From: Escherichia phage BP9
DNA: 64,000 bases
Sequence record: PP488543.1
Strand: one strand, 5' to 3'
Part shown: positions 19,189-30,300 of the stretch, piece by piece
How the letters are laid out: every line of letters begins with the position of its first letter
How positions within the stretch are numbered: position 1 is the first letter of the stretch
The notes under the pieces: model-generated
Database searches by the model: none
The model's input: only the letters and a program-made list of their open reading frames with translations
Told to the model about the DNA's origin: nothing
Translations under genes and position numbers: made by a program

Positions 19189-21786
19189 ATGCGTATTCAA
19201 CATAACATTGATAACGTATTTCAGATGATTGAGGGGCACAGGAAGTGCCTCGATAACAACACAGGCATTACCAATCTCCCTACGCAGAACAAGCTGGTAA
19301 ACCCTGATGGTCTTATAGCTGCAGGGTGGGCAGGTAATAAGATAAATAATGATTGGGCAATGCATGAGTCCCAAGCTGTGTTGATTCTGGGATACATTGA
19401 AGCATACAGGGCATCGAAAAGCGATTTCTATCTGGATAGGGCAAAAGATGCTTGGGAAGCTTACAATAGTCATCTTCTGGGTGCATATGCAGTAGAAAGT
19501 AAAATGCAAAGATTGTCCCACTACCCTCTATCTACAGATGGGGTTCCATCACATGGTGGGTTTAAAGATGTGGTGGTGTCTTTTACCAATGGTAGAGGAA
19601 AAATCCCAGCTGGATCTCCGACATGGGGAGAATACCTGGACAAGGCATTCCAAGCGTATAACGGTGTGTTAGGAAGAAACACGGTAGACTCCGATGTTTA
19701 CGGTGGCACAGATGCTAACCCAGATTGGACAACATCCGGATTAAGTTGGTGGGTTGAGTGGTATATAGCATGGGATGGTAACCGCTATTGGGCTAACGGT
19801 AGCATAGCCGACAGTGGGCATACGTCTGTAGAGTTCGGCACAATCCAATTACAAGATAAGGGTGTTACAGGAAGCCACAAGGTAACCTATTGTGTAAGAT
19901 TACCTCAAGAGCAGGGTGGATCGGTGATACCTGCAGGATCCCCTGTAATTGTGAATCCTATAAACGTGGTTGCAGACAATCAAGCCCCAGAGTTGGACGG
20001 GGAAGAAATGTGGTGTGACGCTTGTTATCAACTCTACACCTTGACAGGTGAGGAAAAGTATTACACCGCGTTTAAACAGTCTTACAACAAGTTGCTTAAT
20101 TTCAGTGATATAAACGCCTACGACAAACTGTTTAGAAAGACCACGTTGATTAAGGCACCATTTACAGATGGTGCTTGTCTTGTTGCAGGAACAGTTCCTG
20201 TCATGATCAGGGATAGTGACGGGTATATCAATTTTAGAATGAACGCACGCCAGCCTTGCGAAATAATTCAAAAAGGGACTACATACAAAATAGGCAGAGA
20301 TGCTGAAATTGTTATGAATTTCGGAGGAGAAGGGGTTCTGTTCCAGCCACATTTCATCCTTAATGATGGCAACAATAACAAAAAACAGTACAGGATAGGT
20401 GTTCCTTTTGGAGGTGCAGAGGTAACAGAAATAGTTGCCAAGGTTACTGATTTCGTAGAGGTAGTTGGTAAAGACGGTAATCCGTACCTCTTACCTAAAG
20501 AGGAAAACATTGCCGTGAGCGGTGGTGCCAGTGTTAGTATGCAGTACGATACCGACATTTACAACCACTCTGACAACTTCACCCGTTGTAATATAGCAAG
20601 GGGCAAAGTAACTTTCAATTTTGGAAGAGAGATTTCTTTAAACTCAGTAACTTATCGATCAGATGATGAGATGGTAAGGGTCAAATTTCTTGACAAAGAC
20701 AGGTGGTTATGGTATGCTGATCTATATGCCACTAATGGACAATGGATAACAGAAACTCTTACTCTAGGAGATTTCAAACTAGATCCGACACAACCTCATC
20801 ACACCGAAGAAGAGATTAAACCTTTCTTTGCTAATCCTAAGGGGCTCACCTCTGTAGATTTCAGCCTAAGCGACAGGCAGATAGGTAATGGCTTGTTTGA
20901 CCTATATTGTGTCAACACACTGCCGCAATTTTATATTGCAGATAGAGATGCTTATCTAATCTGGTTTAGCGTATGGATGGCAAGCAAGACAGAATCAACC
21001 GCTAGGGTTGGCGATTGCTATGTCAGAAACTACAAGCAAGGCGCATACAGGCACACACCGGGTGTGTTCCCTGCCGGAAAGGTGATAGATAAGGAAAACT
21101 ATCTCTTAGAGGAAAAGCCAAATTGGCCCTACCCTGGCATGCAATATCCAGCAGTCTACTGCATGGGTGCAGAAAACATAGATCGCCATAGATTGTCAAA
21201 TACAATAGGCTTTCTGTATGACGCTCAAGTCTGGTATAATAATACATTTAAGACAGAGGGTCCAGTTGCCTCGCGTTATGTATGGCAGAGAGGTAATGAA
21301 GGGCTGACTGGTTGGTGGGAGATGGTAGATAACTCTAAACTCCAGTCAAGATCTTTTGTTGCTGCGTGCCGCACAATATATGAGCTCAAGAAACATAAAG
21401 AACCTGTTGATGAAAGACTATTCCTGTTCTGCCAGAAATGGGCATGGTTCCTCAACAGATTCCAGTCATCTCATTCAGGAAATCTGCCCACAGACTTTAA
21501 CACCTCTGGGGGATATTCTTATCAAGACAGAGGAGACAGGATGTGGGTGGTAGGTGAATGGCTTGCAGGTTGCTGCTGGCTAGGTCTGTGCGGGTATTCA
21601 GAGACAATACCTCAAATAGATATTGTTGTGGAAGCCTGTGTGAAGCTACTGCAAAAGCACCACTTCATTAATGGGGATAATATTTTAAACGGCTGCTGGG
21701 CAGTTTCTGATCCGGTTGGCTATCACTCTGGCGAAATCCTTCGCGGTCTGGGCCTTTATGCTCAATACCGTGGATTGTACCTTTAA
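19189..21786 (+). CDS. large tail-associated protein, enzyme-like (possible polysaccharide depolymerase)
   Basis: 865 aa; Trp/Tyr-rich, no fibre anchor domain; translationally coupled to preceding anchor-domain gene (TAA-G-ATG). Confidence 0.35.
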   Translation: MRIQHNIDNVFQMIEGHRKCLDNNTGITNLPTQNKLVNPDGLIAAGWAGNKINNDWAMHESQAVLILGYIEAYRASKSDFYLDRAKDAWEAYNSHLLGAYAVESKMQRLSHYPLSTDGVPSHGGFKDVVVSFTNGRGKIPAGSPTWGEYLDKAFQAYNGVLGRNTVDSDVYGGTDANPDWTTSGLSWWVEWYIAWDGNRYWANGSIADSGHTSVEFGTIQLQDKGVTGSHKVTYCVRLPQEQGGSVIPAGSPVIVNPINVVADNQAPELDGEEMWCDACYQLYTLTGEEKYYTAFKQSYNKLLNFSDINAYDKLFRKTTLIKAPFTDGACLVAGTVPVMIRDSDGYINFRMNARQPCEIIQKGTTYKIGRDAEIVMNFGGEGVLFQPHFILNDGNNNKKQYRIGVPFGGAEVTEIVAKVTDFVEVVGKDGNPYLLPKEENIAVSGGASVSMQYDTDIYNHSDNFTRCNIARGKVTFNFGREISLNSVTYRSDDEMVRVKFLDKDRWLWYADLYATNGQWITETLTLGDFKLDPTQPHHTEEEIKPFFANPKGLTSVDFSLSDRQIGNGLFDLYCVNTLPQFYIADRDAYLIWFSVWMASKTESTARVGDCYVRNYKQGAYRHTPGVFPAGKVIDKENYLLEEKPNWPYPGMQYPAVYCMGAENIDRHRLSNTIGFLYDAQVWYNNTFKTEGPVASRYVWQRGNEGLTGWWEMVDNSKLQSRSFVAACRTIYELKKHKEPVDERLFLFCQKWAWFLNRFQSSHSGNLPTDFNTSGGYSYQDRGDRMWVVGEWLAGCCWLGLCGYSETIPQIDIVVEACVKLLQKHHFINGDNILNGCWAVSDPVGYHSGEILRGLGLYAQYRGLYL

Positions 21787-21790
21787 CATA

Positions 21791-21813
21791 GGGGGGCTGT
21801 TTGCCCCCTTTCA
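21791..21813 (+). terminator. hairpin, weak terminator or attenuator
   Basis: GGGGGC-TGTTT-GCCCCC then TTTC. Confidence 0.4.
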
Positions 21814-21822
21814 GGAGAAAGA

Positions 21823-24800
21823 ATGGCTGATATTAAAGTTGTCAGAATTGAATCTCTTCCTGCCACTACCGCAGTGACAGAGGATGATTACCTGGTTGTT
21901 CAACAACCAGACCTGACCCGTCGTGTAAAAATTGGCGATGTTGTCCATGTTGATGGGACTGTTTCTCATGTAATCTCCTTTAAGGAAGGTGGTAAGTTAA
22001 ACGGCCCAATGGATTTTGCCTACTTCGAAGAGGAAGACCTCTACCTGCGTTGGAAAGGCGAATTTCCGCACACTGTTCCTGCACTATCTTCACCGTACTC
22101 CGATGGCGGGATTACTGACGCTGCATGGATGGTATATACTGACCCGTCCTTAAGGGAGGAGCTGGAATCTACCATTGGCGCATCCATGATCATGACAGCC
22201 GAAGGGCAGTCTGTCCAGGATGTAATGGATGTTACTGTTCAGACAGCTAACGATGCCAAAGCACTTGCACAGCGTGTAGATTTTGGTACAGTGCACACTG
22301 TAGGCGATGTTATTCACCTTGATAACTTTGTTGGCCCTGCAGTTATTGAAGAGGGAAGAACTACCAACTACCCTTCTGTAGCAGCTGGTGAAAAATTTCT
22401 GAACGGTGTGGTATCTCGTCGTGATACTACAACTGTTGATGGTATTTTCCGTGGCGCTACCTCCGGAGCAATGTATACCATTGCAGTAACCAACGGTGTA
22501 GCAACAACAAAAAGAATAGCACTTCGTGATGAATTTAAACGCCTGGAGGCAAACAACCAAACAAGAACAATTATCCGTGCTGGAGATGATTTAAACACGG
22601 CAGGGTACTTGCAGCTTGATGCAACAGGCCGTTGGGGTATGTGGAACCAACAAACAGCTTCTTGGCAGCCTCTTGCTATAGAGCAGGGCGGCACAGGGGC
22701 TAGAGATGCCGCTGGAATCCGTACCAATATCGGTGCTTTCTATAAGCAACGTGCAGCCCTTGAGCCAAATTTCAATATCAATAACTTGACTGGTAATCAG
22801 GATGGTATATACTACCAGCCGATGACTGCTTATGCAACTGAGGCAAATGGTTATCCTGCAGGTTCTGGTGCTGGTCACTTGATTGTTTGGCAGAACAATG
22901 CTAACGGTGGTACAGGTTGTCGTCAGGAATACTATCCATTCTCCAACGTAGATGTTTGGTATTTGAGAACCTATCAGGCCAACACAAATCAGTGGACTGC
23001 ATGGCAGCCGATGGTCAGACCTCGTAACGATGATACCTTTAGAGCGCACATCGGTCTCGGGTCTAGAAACTCCCCTACCTTCGGGCACCTTTACCTGTCT
23101 CAAAGCTCTGCGGATGTTAAGTCAGCATCAGGTATTGTTAACGGAGACAAATACAACGCTGACGGTGTCCTTGAGCATGGGTATAGGATCTACTCTGAGG
23201 TAAGGAACGACAATAAGGCTTGGTTGACAATCCACCTGCACAAAGGTGCAAAAGGATCTGAAACTCATAGATATTTAGGCTTCCGTGAGGATGGGGTCTT
23301 AGATTGTCCTAAATATATGCAGGTTGGTGATCTGAACGGTCAGATGGCAAACTGGGGACTTGGAGAATGGATCCGCAGTTCAGGAGCAGAAAGAGGTTTC
23401 TGGGGATCTAAGAAAGCCGCCAAGATGGTCATCTGGGATGGCGGTATGGACGAGCAAGGTGAAGGAACGCTTGAGTGGGGTGTTTATAACAACCGGAAAG
23501 CCAAATGGGAACCACTACCGATAGCTTGTGGTGGTACCAGTGCCAGGACTGTAGGGGATGCTCAAGCACAATTCAGAATCCCTCTGGCAGCAGGTACTAG
23601 ACCATATGTAAACCTGCCTAGAACTGCAGCTATGCAGGACGGTAAGTATTATCCTATTATCGTCAGAACTGACCCCAACTTTGCAGCAACTATCGGGACA
23701 GATTTAACCATTGTCACCAGATCTTCTTCTGGCGGCGACCCAATGAACTGTGCTACACTACAGTGTCACTACAGAATTGGTGGCTGGACAGACAGAGGTG
23801 ATTCTTTCCAAGGGGTTATTAATTTCTACCAAAACGAGAAAGCAATCCTCGGATGTGTATCTCCAACCAGAGGTAAGCAGGAGTATGTTGCATTCTATGT
23901 AGAGGCACGTGCATTCCCTGTTACAGTATATGCTGGCGCTACTGTAATAGAAGTGTCAACCAGGGAGGTTGATTGGCAGGTAGGCAACGTGGAAGGTAAC
24001 CAAGATGGTGTCAAGTTCTGTGCTCCTCTGGCATCTGCAGATTTGAGTCTTGCAATCAAAGGTGATGATGTAACAAACACTAGACCTCTGGTTGAGTTCA
24101 AAGGGACATCAGGTTTCTACACTGGTGGTGGAACTATGTGGCACTACCTGGGAACTCCTGAACGCTATGCAGTGATGAGCAAAATGAACATGCCTAAAGT
24201 CGAGCTTTGGGCAGACGGTATTGACTACATTTGTCCTGGTAGTCAGACCACTAGAAAAGCACTGTTCTCTAACGCAGGGTTCCAAGCTGCATCGGAAGGA
24301 ACAGAGGATCTGATCAACAACACCTTTACCTCTAAATGTGGTAATGGTGCAAGACTACAAGGCCAGGCAGAGTTCAGATCTACTCCAGAGGCTGGTCAAG
24401 TTATTGTTCGTGATGTTGTAGGCACAGCTCATAGATTCTATAACTTCAACAAAGATGGCACTTTCTCAGCCCCTGGTGGTTTTGTATGTCATACTGGTGC
24501 AGACTGGAACAACCAGTTTGGGCCTAACAACCCTTCTAAAATAATGGCAGGCAATGTCAACGGACCTGAAGGATCGATGGTTGTTGGTGGGTTGTCTGTG
24601 GCGTTTTCTGGAAACTATGCCTTCCAAATGGCTGGTCGCCTTGATCAGTTATACACCAGATCTATCGAGGGTGGTAACCATAGGGCATGGAACAAAGTTA
24701 TTCAGCACCGTGGTCAAGGTCTGGGGACAGAAGACCTTAATGACTACGATGGTAGCCGTGAAGGTTTCTATCACCAGGGTTCAAACGCTGACGCACTTGT

Positions 24801-25635
24801 AATAGCTCGTCACTACCCTGCTCCGTACGCTGGTACGCTGCTTGTTTACAAAAACACAGCCAACAGACCGCAAGGTTGTGTGCAGGAATACATTACCTAT
24901 TTTGGTGACAGATATACTCGTGCTGGTAACTACGTTGGCGATGTCTTTACTTGGGAAGAATGGAGACACGATGCTGGTAAGGGCATTCAGTTAAGACCTA
25001 ATTACACTTTCGGTGAAAACAGTACTCAGCTGGAAATTCATGTTGGTGCTAATGGTCTTCCATCCAACGCCGATAACTTACCTACCAACAATGCTATACT
25101 CCATTATTGGGGTAACGGCAGTGCAGGGACTCGTCCAAACGTGTTAGAGTTTAAGGTTCTTGACGAGTCTCAATCGGCTTATGTATGGCATTGCGGTACC
25201 TTGCCGGATAAATCAAGATATCTTTCTGTAAACGGTGCTGTGAATTGCACATCTGTCAATCAGAGTTCTGACAGAGATCTGAAAGATAACATAGCTGTTA
25301 TTCCTGATGCGTTAGAAGCTATCCGGAAGATGAGGGGTTATACTTACACTCTTAAAGAGAACGGTATGCCTTATGCAGGTGTTATAGCACAAGAAGTTCT
25401 TGAAGCGCTGCCGGAAGCAGTTAGCTCTTTCGTGCAAAGAAAGGAAATCCCAAACCCTGATCAGGATGGAACTCCTTTAATAACAGAGGAAAGATTCTAC
25501 AGCGTGGATTACGCAGCTGTAACAGGCTTGCTTGTCCAGGTTTGCAGGGAACAGGATGATAAAATAACCGCCCTTGAGGAGCAGGTTAAAAAATTGACAG
25601 AGGTTGTTACTGGGTTGCAAGAGAAACTGAAGTAA
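21823..25635 (+). CDS. long tail fibre with C-terminal intramolecular chaperone (peptidase S74-like) domain
   Basis: 1270 aa; C-terminal SSDRDLKDNIAVIPDALEAIRKMRGYTYTL...AGVIAQEV...coiled coil matches auto-cleaving chaperone domain. Confidence 0.75.
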   Translation: MADIKVVRIESLPATTAVTEDDYLVVQQPDLTRRVKIGDVVHVDGTVSHVISFKEGGKLNGPMDFAYFEEEDLYLRWKGEFPHTVPALSSPYSDGGITDAAWMVYTDPSLREELESTIGASMIMTAEGQSVQDVMDVTVQTANDAKALAQRVDFGTVHTVGDVIHLDNFVGPAVIEEGRTTNYPSVAAGEKFLNGVVSRRDTTTVDGIFRGATSGAMYTIAVTNGVATTKRIALRDEFKRLEANNQTRTIIRAGDDLNTAGYLQLDATGRWGMWNQQTASWQPLAIEQGGTGARDAAGIRTNIGAFYKQRAALEPNFNINNLTGNQDGIYYQPMTAYATEANGYPAGSGAGHLIVWQNNANGGTGCRQEYYPFSNVDVWYLRTYQANTNQWTAWQPMVRPRNDDTFRAHIGLGSRNSPTFGHLYLSQSSADVKSASGIVNGDKYNADGVLEHGYRIYSEVRNDNKAWLTIHLHKGAKGSETHRYLGFREDGVLDCPKYMQVGDLNGQMANWGLGEWIRSSGAERGFWGSKKAAKMVIWDGGMDEQGEGTLEWGVYNNRKAKWEPLPIACGGTSARTVGDAQAQFRIPLAAGTRPYVNLPRTAAMQDGKYYPIIVRTDPNFAATIGTDLTIVTRSSSGGDPMNCATLQCHYRIGGWTDRGDSFQGVINFYQNEKAILGCVSPTRGKQEYVAFYVEARAFPVTVYAGATVIEVSTREVDWQVGNVEGNQDGVKFCAPLASADLSLAIKGDDVTNTRPLVEFKGTSGFYTGGGTMWHYLGTPERYAVMSKMNMPKVELWADGIDYICPGSQTTRKALFSNAGFQAASEGTEDLINNTFTSKCGNGARLQGQAEFRSTPEAGQVIVRDVVGTAHRFYNFNKDGTFSAPGGFVCHTGADWNNQFGPNNPSKIMAGNVNGPEGSMVVGGLSVAFSGNYAFQMAGRLDQLYTRSIEGGNHRAWNKVIQHRGQGLGTEDLNDYDGSREGFYHQGSNADALVIARHYPAPYAGTLLVYKNTANRPQGCVQEYITYFGDRYTRAGNYVGDVFTWEEWRHDAGKGIQLRPNYTFGENSTQLEIHVGANGLPSNADNLPTNNAILHYWGNGSAGTRPNVLEFKVLDESQSAYVWHCGTLPDKSRYLSVNGAVNCTSVNQSSDRDLKDNIAVIPDALEAIRKMRGYTYTLKENGMPYAGVIAQEVLEALPEAVSSFVQRKEIPNPDQDGTPLITEERFYSVDYAAVTGLLVQVCREQDDKITALEEQVKKLTEVVTGLQEKLK

Positions 25636-25642
25636 CTGTTTT

Positions 25643-25672
25643 GCCCCCGCTTCGGCGGGGGCTTTTTGTTTG
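25643..25672 (+). terminator. intrinsic terminator (CCCCGCTTCGGCGGGG family)
   Basis: GCCCCCGC-TTCG-GCGGGGGC then TTTTTGTTTGT. Confidence 0.85.
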
Positions 25673-25674
25673 TA

Positions 25675-25703
25675 TTGCGTATTAACTCAAAATCTGGTAA
25701 AAT
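25675..25703 (+). promoter_or_regulatory. sigma70-type promoter (TTGCGT, 17 bp, TAAAAT with upstream TGG)
   Basis: -35 25675-25680, -10 25698-25703. Confidence 0.6.
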
Positions 25704-25734
25704 AACTATCATGATTGTTTAACCGGGAGGCACA

Positions 25735-26325
25735 ATGTTTTTATGGGAAAGGCCTAGATACCTTCCAGATATTAGATTGGAGCTGCTGGCAGATATTGTT
25801 ACGTTTAAAAGTCCGTTTACAGGTAAAACGCAAAAAGTAACCTATGCCACACCTAACTGGAAAGGCACTTTGACGGTTTCCAATATCAGCGAGTCACAGT
25901 TGCTAGAGCTTAAGAGCTTTGTTGATCAGGTGTATAAAGATGGAAACATCTTTCTTATTAAAACTTACGGTCACTCAGTAACAGCTAATGAGCCAATCGC
26001 CCTCGGGCCTACTGGTAACGATGATTTTTTGAGGACGGTTGGGTGGGAGCCAAACAGAGACATAGCCAGAGCTGGGGATAAAATATCTGTCAATGATGAA
26101 TTGAAAGTGGTAACAGCTCCAGTGCGTAGCGATGGTGTTGGGTCTGCTGTTATAAGCATATCTCCAAGACTTAGAAAACCTATTGCCGCAGGGGACACTA
26201 TGAAGATAATAACTCAATCCCCGAAGGGTAGGTTTCATATCAGAGATATTTATAAAATTAAGCAAAAAGTCGATGCTATGCAAAAAGGGGATAATATAGT
26301 TATCAACTTCTTTGAGGATTTCTAA
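25735..26325 (+). CDS. putative distal tail protein (lambda gpM-like)
   Basis: 196 aa; segment WKGTLTVSNISESQLLELKSFV resembles gpM; first gene of a lambda-like tip cluster ending in a J-like protein. Confidence 0.4.
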   Translation: MFLWERPRYLPDIRLELLADIVTFKSPFTGKTQKVTYATPNWKGTLTVSNISESQLLELKSFVDQVYKDGNIFLIKTYGHSVTANEPIALGPTGNDDFLRTVGWEPNRDIARAGDKISVNDELKVVTAPVRSDGVGSAVISISPRLRKPIAAGDTMKIITQSPKGRFHIRDIYKIKQKVDAMQKGDNIVINFFEDF

Positions 26326-26430
26326 GATGATCAGAGCGCCATTAGATAATTTATTTCTTGAAAGCTGGAGCTTGATGGTGTTGAGATCTTAATTGCTGCA
26401 AAGCTGGAGCTACCGACAGGAACTGTCAGG

Positions 26431-26877
26431 GTGTGCTCAGGCACTGGTGTTGTAGTAATTGAGGGGCAACATTTTATAGGGATAGGTGGGTCAGCAACAT
26501 TAACCGCTGTGTCTGAGAAAGATGCCACCAACTTCGGATCTGTGGTAGCGACATTGAACGGGTTTGATCCTAAGTATGTGGGTGATCTGCTGAAGACGGA
26601 GTATTCTGGTTGTCGTGCCACGTTGTACATTACCGCTATGGAGAATGGTCTGCCTGTTACAACTAATGGCTTGTTTGACGGCCTTATAACAGATATGGCT
26701 ATTCAGACGGGTGAGAATAGCGCTTTGTCCATATCCATCTCTTCCATCTTCAACAGTTGGTTAAGAGGTTTTCCTTATCGGTACACGGAGGAAAGCCACA
26801 GCTCAAGAAACGATAACGACAGATTTTTTAAATATGTGGATCAGGTGGCGAGCCGCCCGATCATTTGGGAGGTTTAA
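26431..26877 (+). CDS. hypothetical minor tail protein (gpL-like position); 5' end uncertain
   Basis: GTG start 26431 with SD AGGA; frame is open upstream to 26362 and encodes a KLEL repeat. Confidence 0.35.
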   Translation: MCSGTGVVVIEGQHFIGIGGSATLTAVSEKDATNFGSVVATLNGFDPKYVGDLLKTEYSGCRATLYITAMENGLPVTTNGLFDGLITDMAIQTGENSALSISISSIFNSWLRGFPYRYTEESHSSRNDNDRFFKYVDQVASRPIIWEV

Positions 26878-27302
26878 TGAGCACACATCCTCGTCTAGTG
26901 GACTGGCAAGAAAGATTGTGGAAAGTGTTTGACGAAGAGGCCACCATACCTTTTGAATGGGGATTCCACGATTGTTGCACCTTTGCAGCTAAGTGTGTTG
27001 ATGCCCAATACGGAACAGATTTTCTTTCTAACTTCGAAGGAACGTATAAAACAGAGTTGGAAAGCAAAAGATGGTGCATGCTCCGTTTCAAAACCACACA
27101 CCTGCCTACTATTTTTGATCTCTTTATGACTCGGCTGGATACTCCTAAACAGGTTCAGCGTGGAGATATTGTCATTTTCGAAGGTCTGAACGGCCTCACC
27201 GCTGGTGTGTTCTGGAACAACCAGATTTGGGCGAAAGGTGATAAAGGGGTCTTTATGTTCGATATGAAAGATTCTATCGTTGTTGATGTCTGGAGGTATT
27301 AA
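26877..27302 (+). CDS. hypothetical tail assembly protein (gpK-like position), Cys/His motif HDCC
   Basis: ATG 26877 with SD GGGAGG, TAATG coupling (track start 26865). Confidence 0.35.
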   Translation: MSTHPRLVDWQERLWKVFDEEATIPFEWGFHDCCTFAAKCVDAQYGTDFLSNFEGTYKTELESKRWCMLRFKTTHLPTIFDLFMTRLDTPKQVQRGDIVIFEGLNGLTAGVFWNNQIWAKGDKGVFMFDMKDSIVVDVWRY

Positions 27303-30300
27303 TGCCAATTGCAATGATTGATAACATCGTTGCTTCTGCAAGATCTTCAAGTTATGACTGGAACGCATCCAAGGCAGCTCTGGCTGACAGCCTGAACACT
27401 GTTACCACCAGAACTCTGGATAAGATTTTTGAGGGTAACAAATCTTACAGAAGTCAGCAAGATAGACAAAAGCTTCTCAGATCTTCTGCTGCACCCTGCT
27501 CTGTAGTGTATGGAAAGACACGCACATCTGGATTGCTTGCGTTTTTGGAGCAGGATAGAGACAAAACCCTCCATTGTGCTATTGTTCTTGCCAATCACCC
27601 TCTGGAAGGTATAGAAGATATACTTATCGATGGTAATCCTATTTCCTCGTATGGAGATTTGGTATCGTGGGAGTTACATAACGACAGAAAAACGGCTGAT
27701 CCTTTCATGGGGACACACTGCCCATCGTGGTCACCAGACATGATAGGTAGAGGGATCAGTTGGCTACGTGCCAGCTTCAAGTTCGACCCTAACAAGTTTC
27801 CTTTTGGGTTGCCAAACGTTACACTCGTTAAGGTTGGTAAAAAATGCTATGATCCTCGTATCAGTAAAGAGGTGTACACCAATAACGCATCCTTGGTGAT
27901 CCTGGACTATTTAAGAACGTACCTTAAATGTCCTGACGAAACCATCAACTGGGAGTCCTTTAAGGAGGCTGCCAACATATGCGACGAGGCGGTAAAAAAC
28001 GCTGACGGAACCAGTGAGCGACGTTACACCATTAACGGTGAGTTTGACATGGATGAGGCCCCAGCAAGTATTATGGCAGAAATGCTGAAAGCTTGCGGTG
28101 CAGACCTTAGTTATGTTGCTGGTAAGTATGGTTTGCTGGTTGGTGCATACTATGGTCCGGCAACAATGACATTGAGTGAGGACTGTGTCTGTGGTGAGGT
28201 TAAGATCTATCCGGAAGCCTCATTTGACAAAAGATCTAACACAATAACTGGCAGATTCACTAGTCCGACCAAAGGGTATTCTGAAACAGATTTCCCATCA
28301 GTGTTTGTCCCAGAGTGGATAGAGAAGGATGGAGAAAGAAAGATAATCGATATAGACTATCGCTTTGTTACCAGTCCTTATCAAGCTCAACGTGTTTCTG
28401 CAATCTTCTTAAGACGTGCTAGAGCTGGCAGGATTATTGAAGTCACCTGCAATATGCGAGGTTTTAAATTTAAGCCTGGCCGTTACGTTACAATGAATCT
28501 CCCAAGTATTGGTATAGTAGGCCAAGAAATGAGGGTTCTTGAATGGGAGTTCACCAAAAAGGGTGGTGTCAAGGTAAAACTTCGTCAAGATGCTAAAGAG
28601 TGGAATGATGCCACAGGGCAACTTCCGGATTCTGGTGATGTAGATATTCCGATATCTCCATCTGGTGTAGCTCAACCGCAAAACTTCAGATACTCCGTCC
28701 TCCAAGCTGGGGAAATAACTCACGGTGTTCTGGCTTGGGACAACGTTGGGACTTACGCTCAAAATATTGTGCAGGTAAGAAAGAACGGAGAGATTGTTTG
28801 GACAGCACAGACAGTTGAGCAGTTTGTCCGAGTAGAAGGCTTGACCAAAGGGTCATACACAGCAACCGTGGTTGCAACATCTTATAAAGGTGGTGTATCT
28901 CCAGAAGCGTACTGCGAGTTTAACATTCAGGCACCTGAAGCTCCTGTTTCTGTAGAGGTTAAGCAGGGATACTTTGCTATCACCTTGATTCCACACAGCA
29001 GGGATTTAGCAAGTGTAAGCACCCAGTATGACTTTTGGACATCTGGTATGACAAGGTTGCCCGACACCAGCGATGCAACCGTTACTTCAAACGCCACCCG
29101 TATGGGTGTTGGTTCAACTTGGACATCCGAAGGTCTGCAGAACGATAAGGTTTATTATTGGTATATTCGAACCACAAACGCTTTTGGTAGCTCTCAGTTT
29201 GTAGAGTGTGCTGCACGCTGCTATACCTCCATTGAGGATTTGATGCCTCAGATAGATGCTGAATTCAAAAAGACAGAAACTTATAAAGAGTTGATGAGCA
29301 CTTTGGATTCCTCTATTGAAGAGGTTGAAAATCGTGTCACAGAACTTAACAGGTACATGGATGGTAGAGTTGACGAGGCTTTTGACCACATGGAAGGTGA
29401 GTTCTCTAGAGTAGACAAGCTGTATGCTCAGTTGGGAGATAGGGTTGGAATATTCATCCAAGAAACCCACGACAACTTCCAGGACGTTAATGGAACGCTT
29501 ACCACTCTAGATCAGAAACTGGTAGCCACTCAGAACAAGTTTGCAGATGATCTTTCTAAAGAAAGTGGCAAGCTTGCTTCTCTAATCCAGACCACTAACA
29601 AAGCTACAACCGATCTGTTAAATCAGAAAACTGAAGCTTTGGACGAGAAGATTGTTTCAACCAGGGGTGAGTTGGAAGATGCTTTAGCGCAGGAAAGCTC
29701 TGAGCTGAACTCCCTGATTGTATCAACCAATAAAACGACTACAGATCTCCTTAATCGGAAAACCGAGGCTTTAGACAATAAGCTGACGGCAACGAAAGGT
29801 GAGTTGACCAACAATCTGCAGAATGAGAGTGCTAAACTATCGTCCTTGATTGAGTCAACCAACAAATCCACCACTGATCTTCTTAATAAGAAAACAGAGG
29901 CGTTGGATGAAAAACTGGTTGCTGCACAGGGCGAGTTGACTGAGCAGATCGGAGATGTTGAAAAAGGCTATCTGGCTGGTGATAAGAGCCTAGAGGGCAA
30001 GTTGAATACTCAAAGATCTGAGTTGGATGCGAGCATTCTGAGCACTAACCAGGCCACTGTGGACTTGCTGAACAGAACTTCTGAGACTCTTGACCAGAAG
30101 ATTAGCCAGACCAACGCCACAGTGTCCAAAAACTACACCACGCTTGATGGTAAGATAAACACCGCCAAGTCTGATCTTAATACGTTGATTTCTACCACCA
30201 ACAAGGCCACAACTGACCTGTTGAATCAGAAAACGGCAGCTTTGACTGAGCAGTTAACCACTGCTAAAGGGCAGATTACAACCAACACCAATAATATTAC

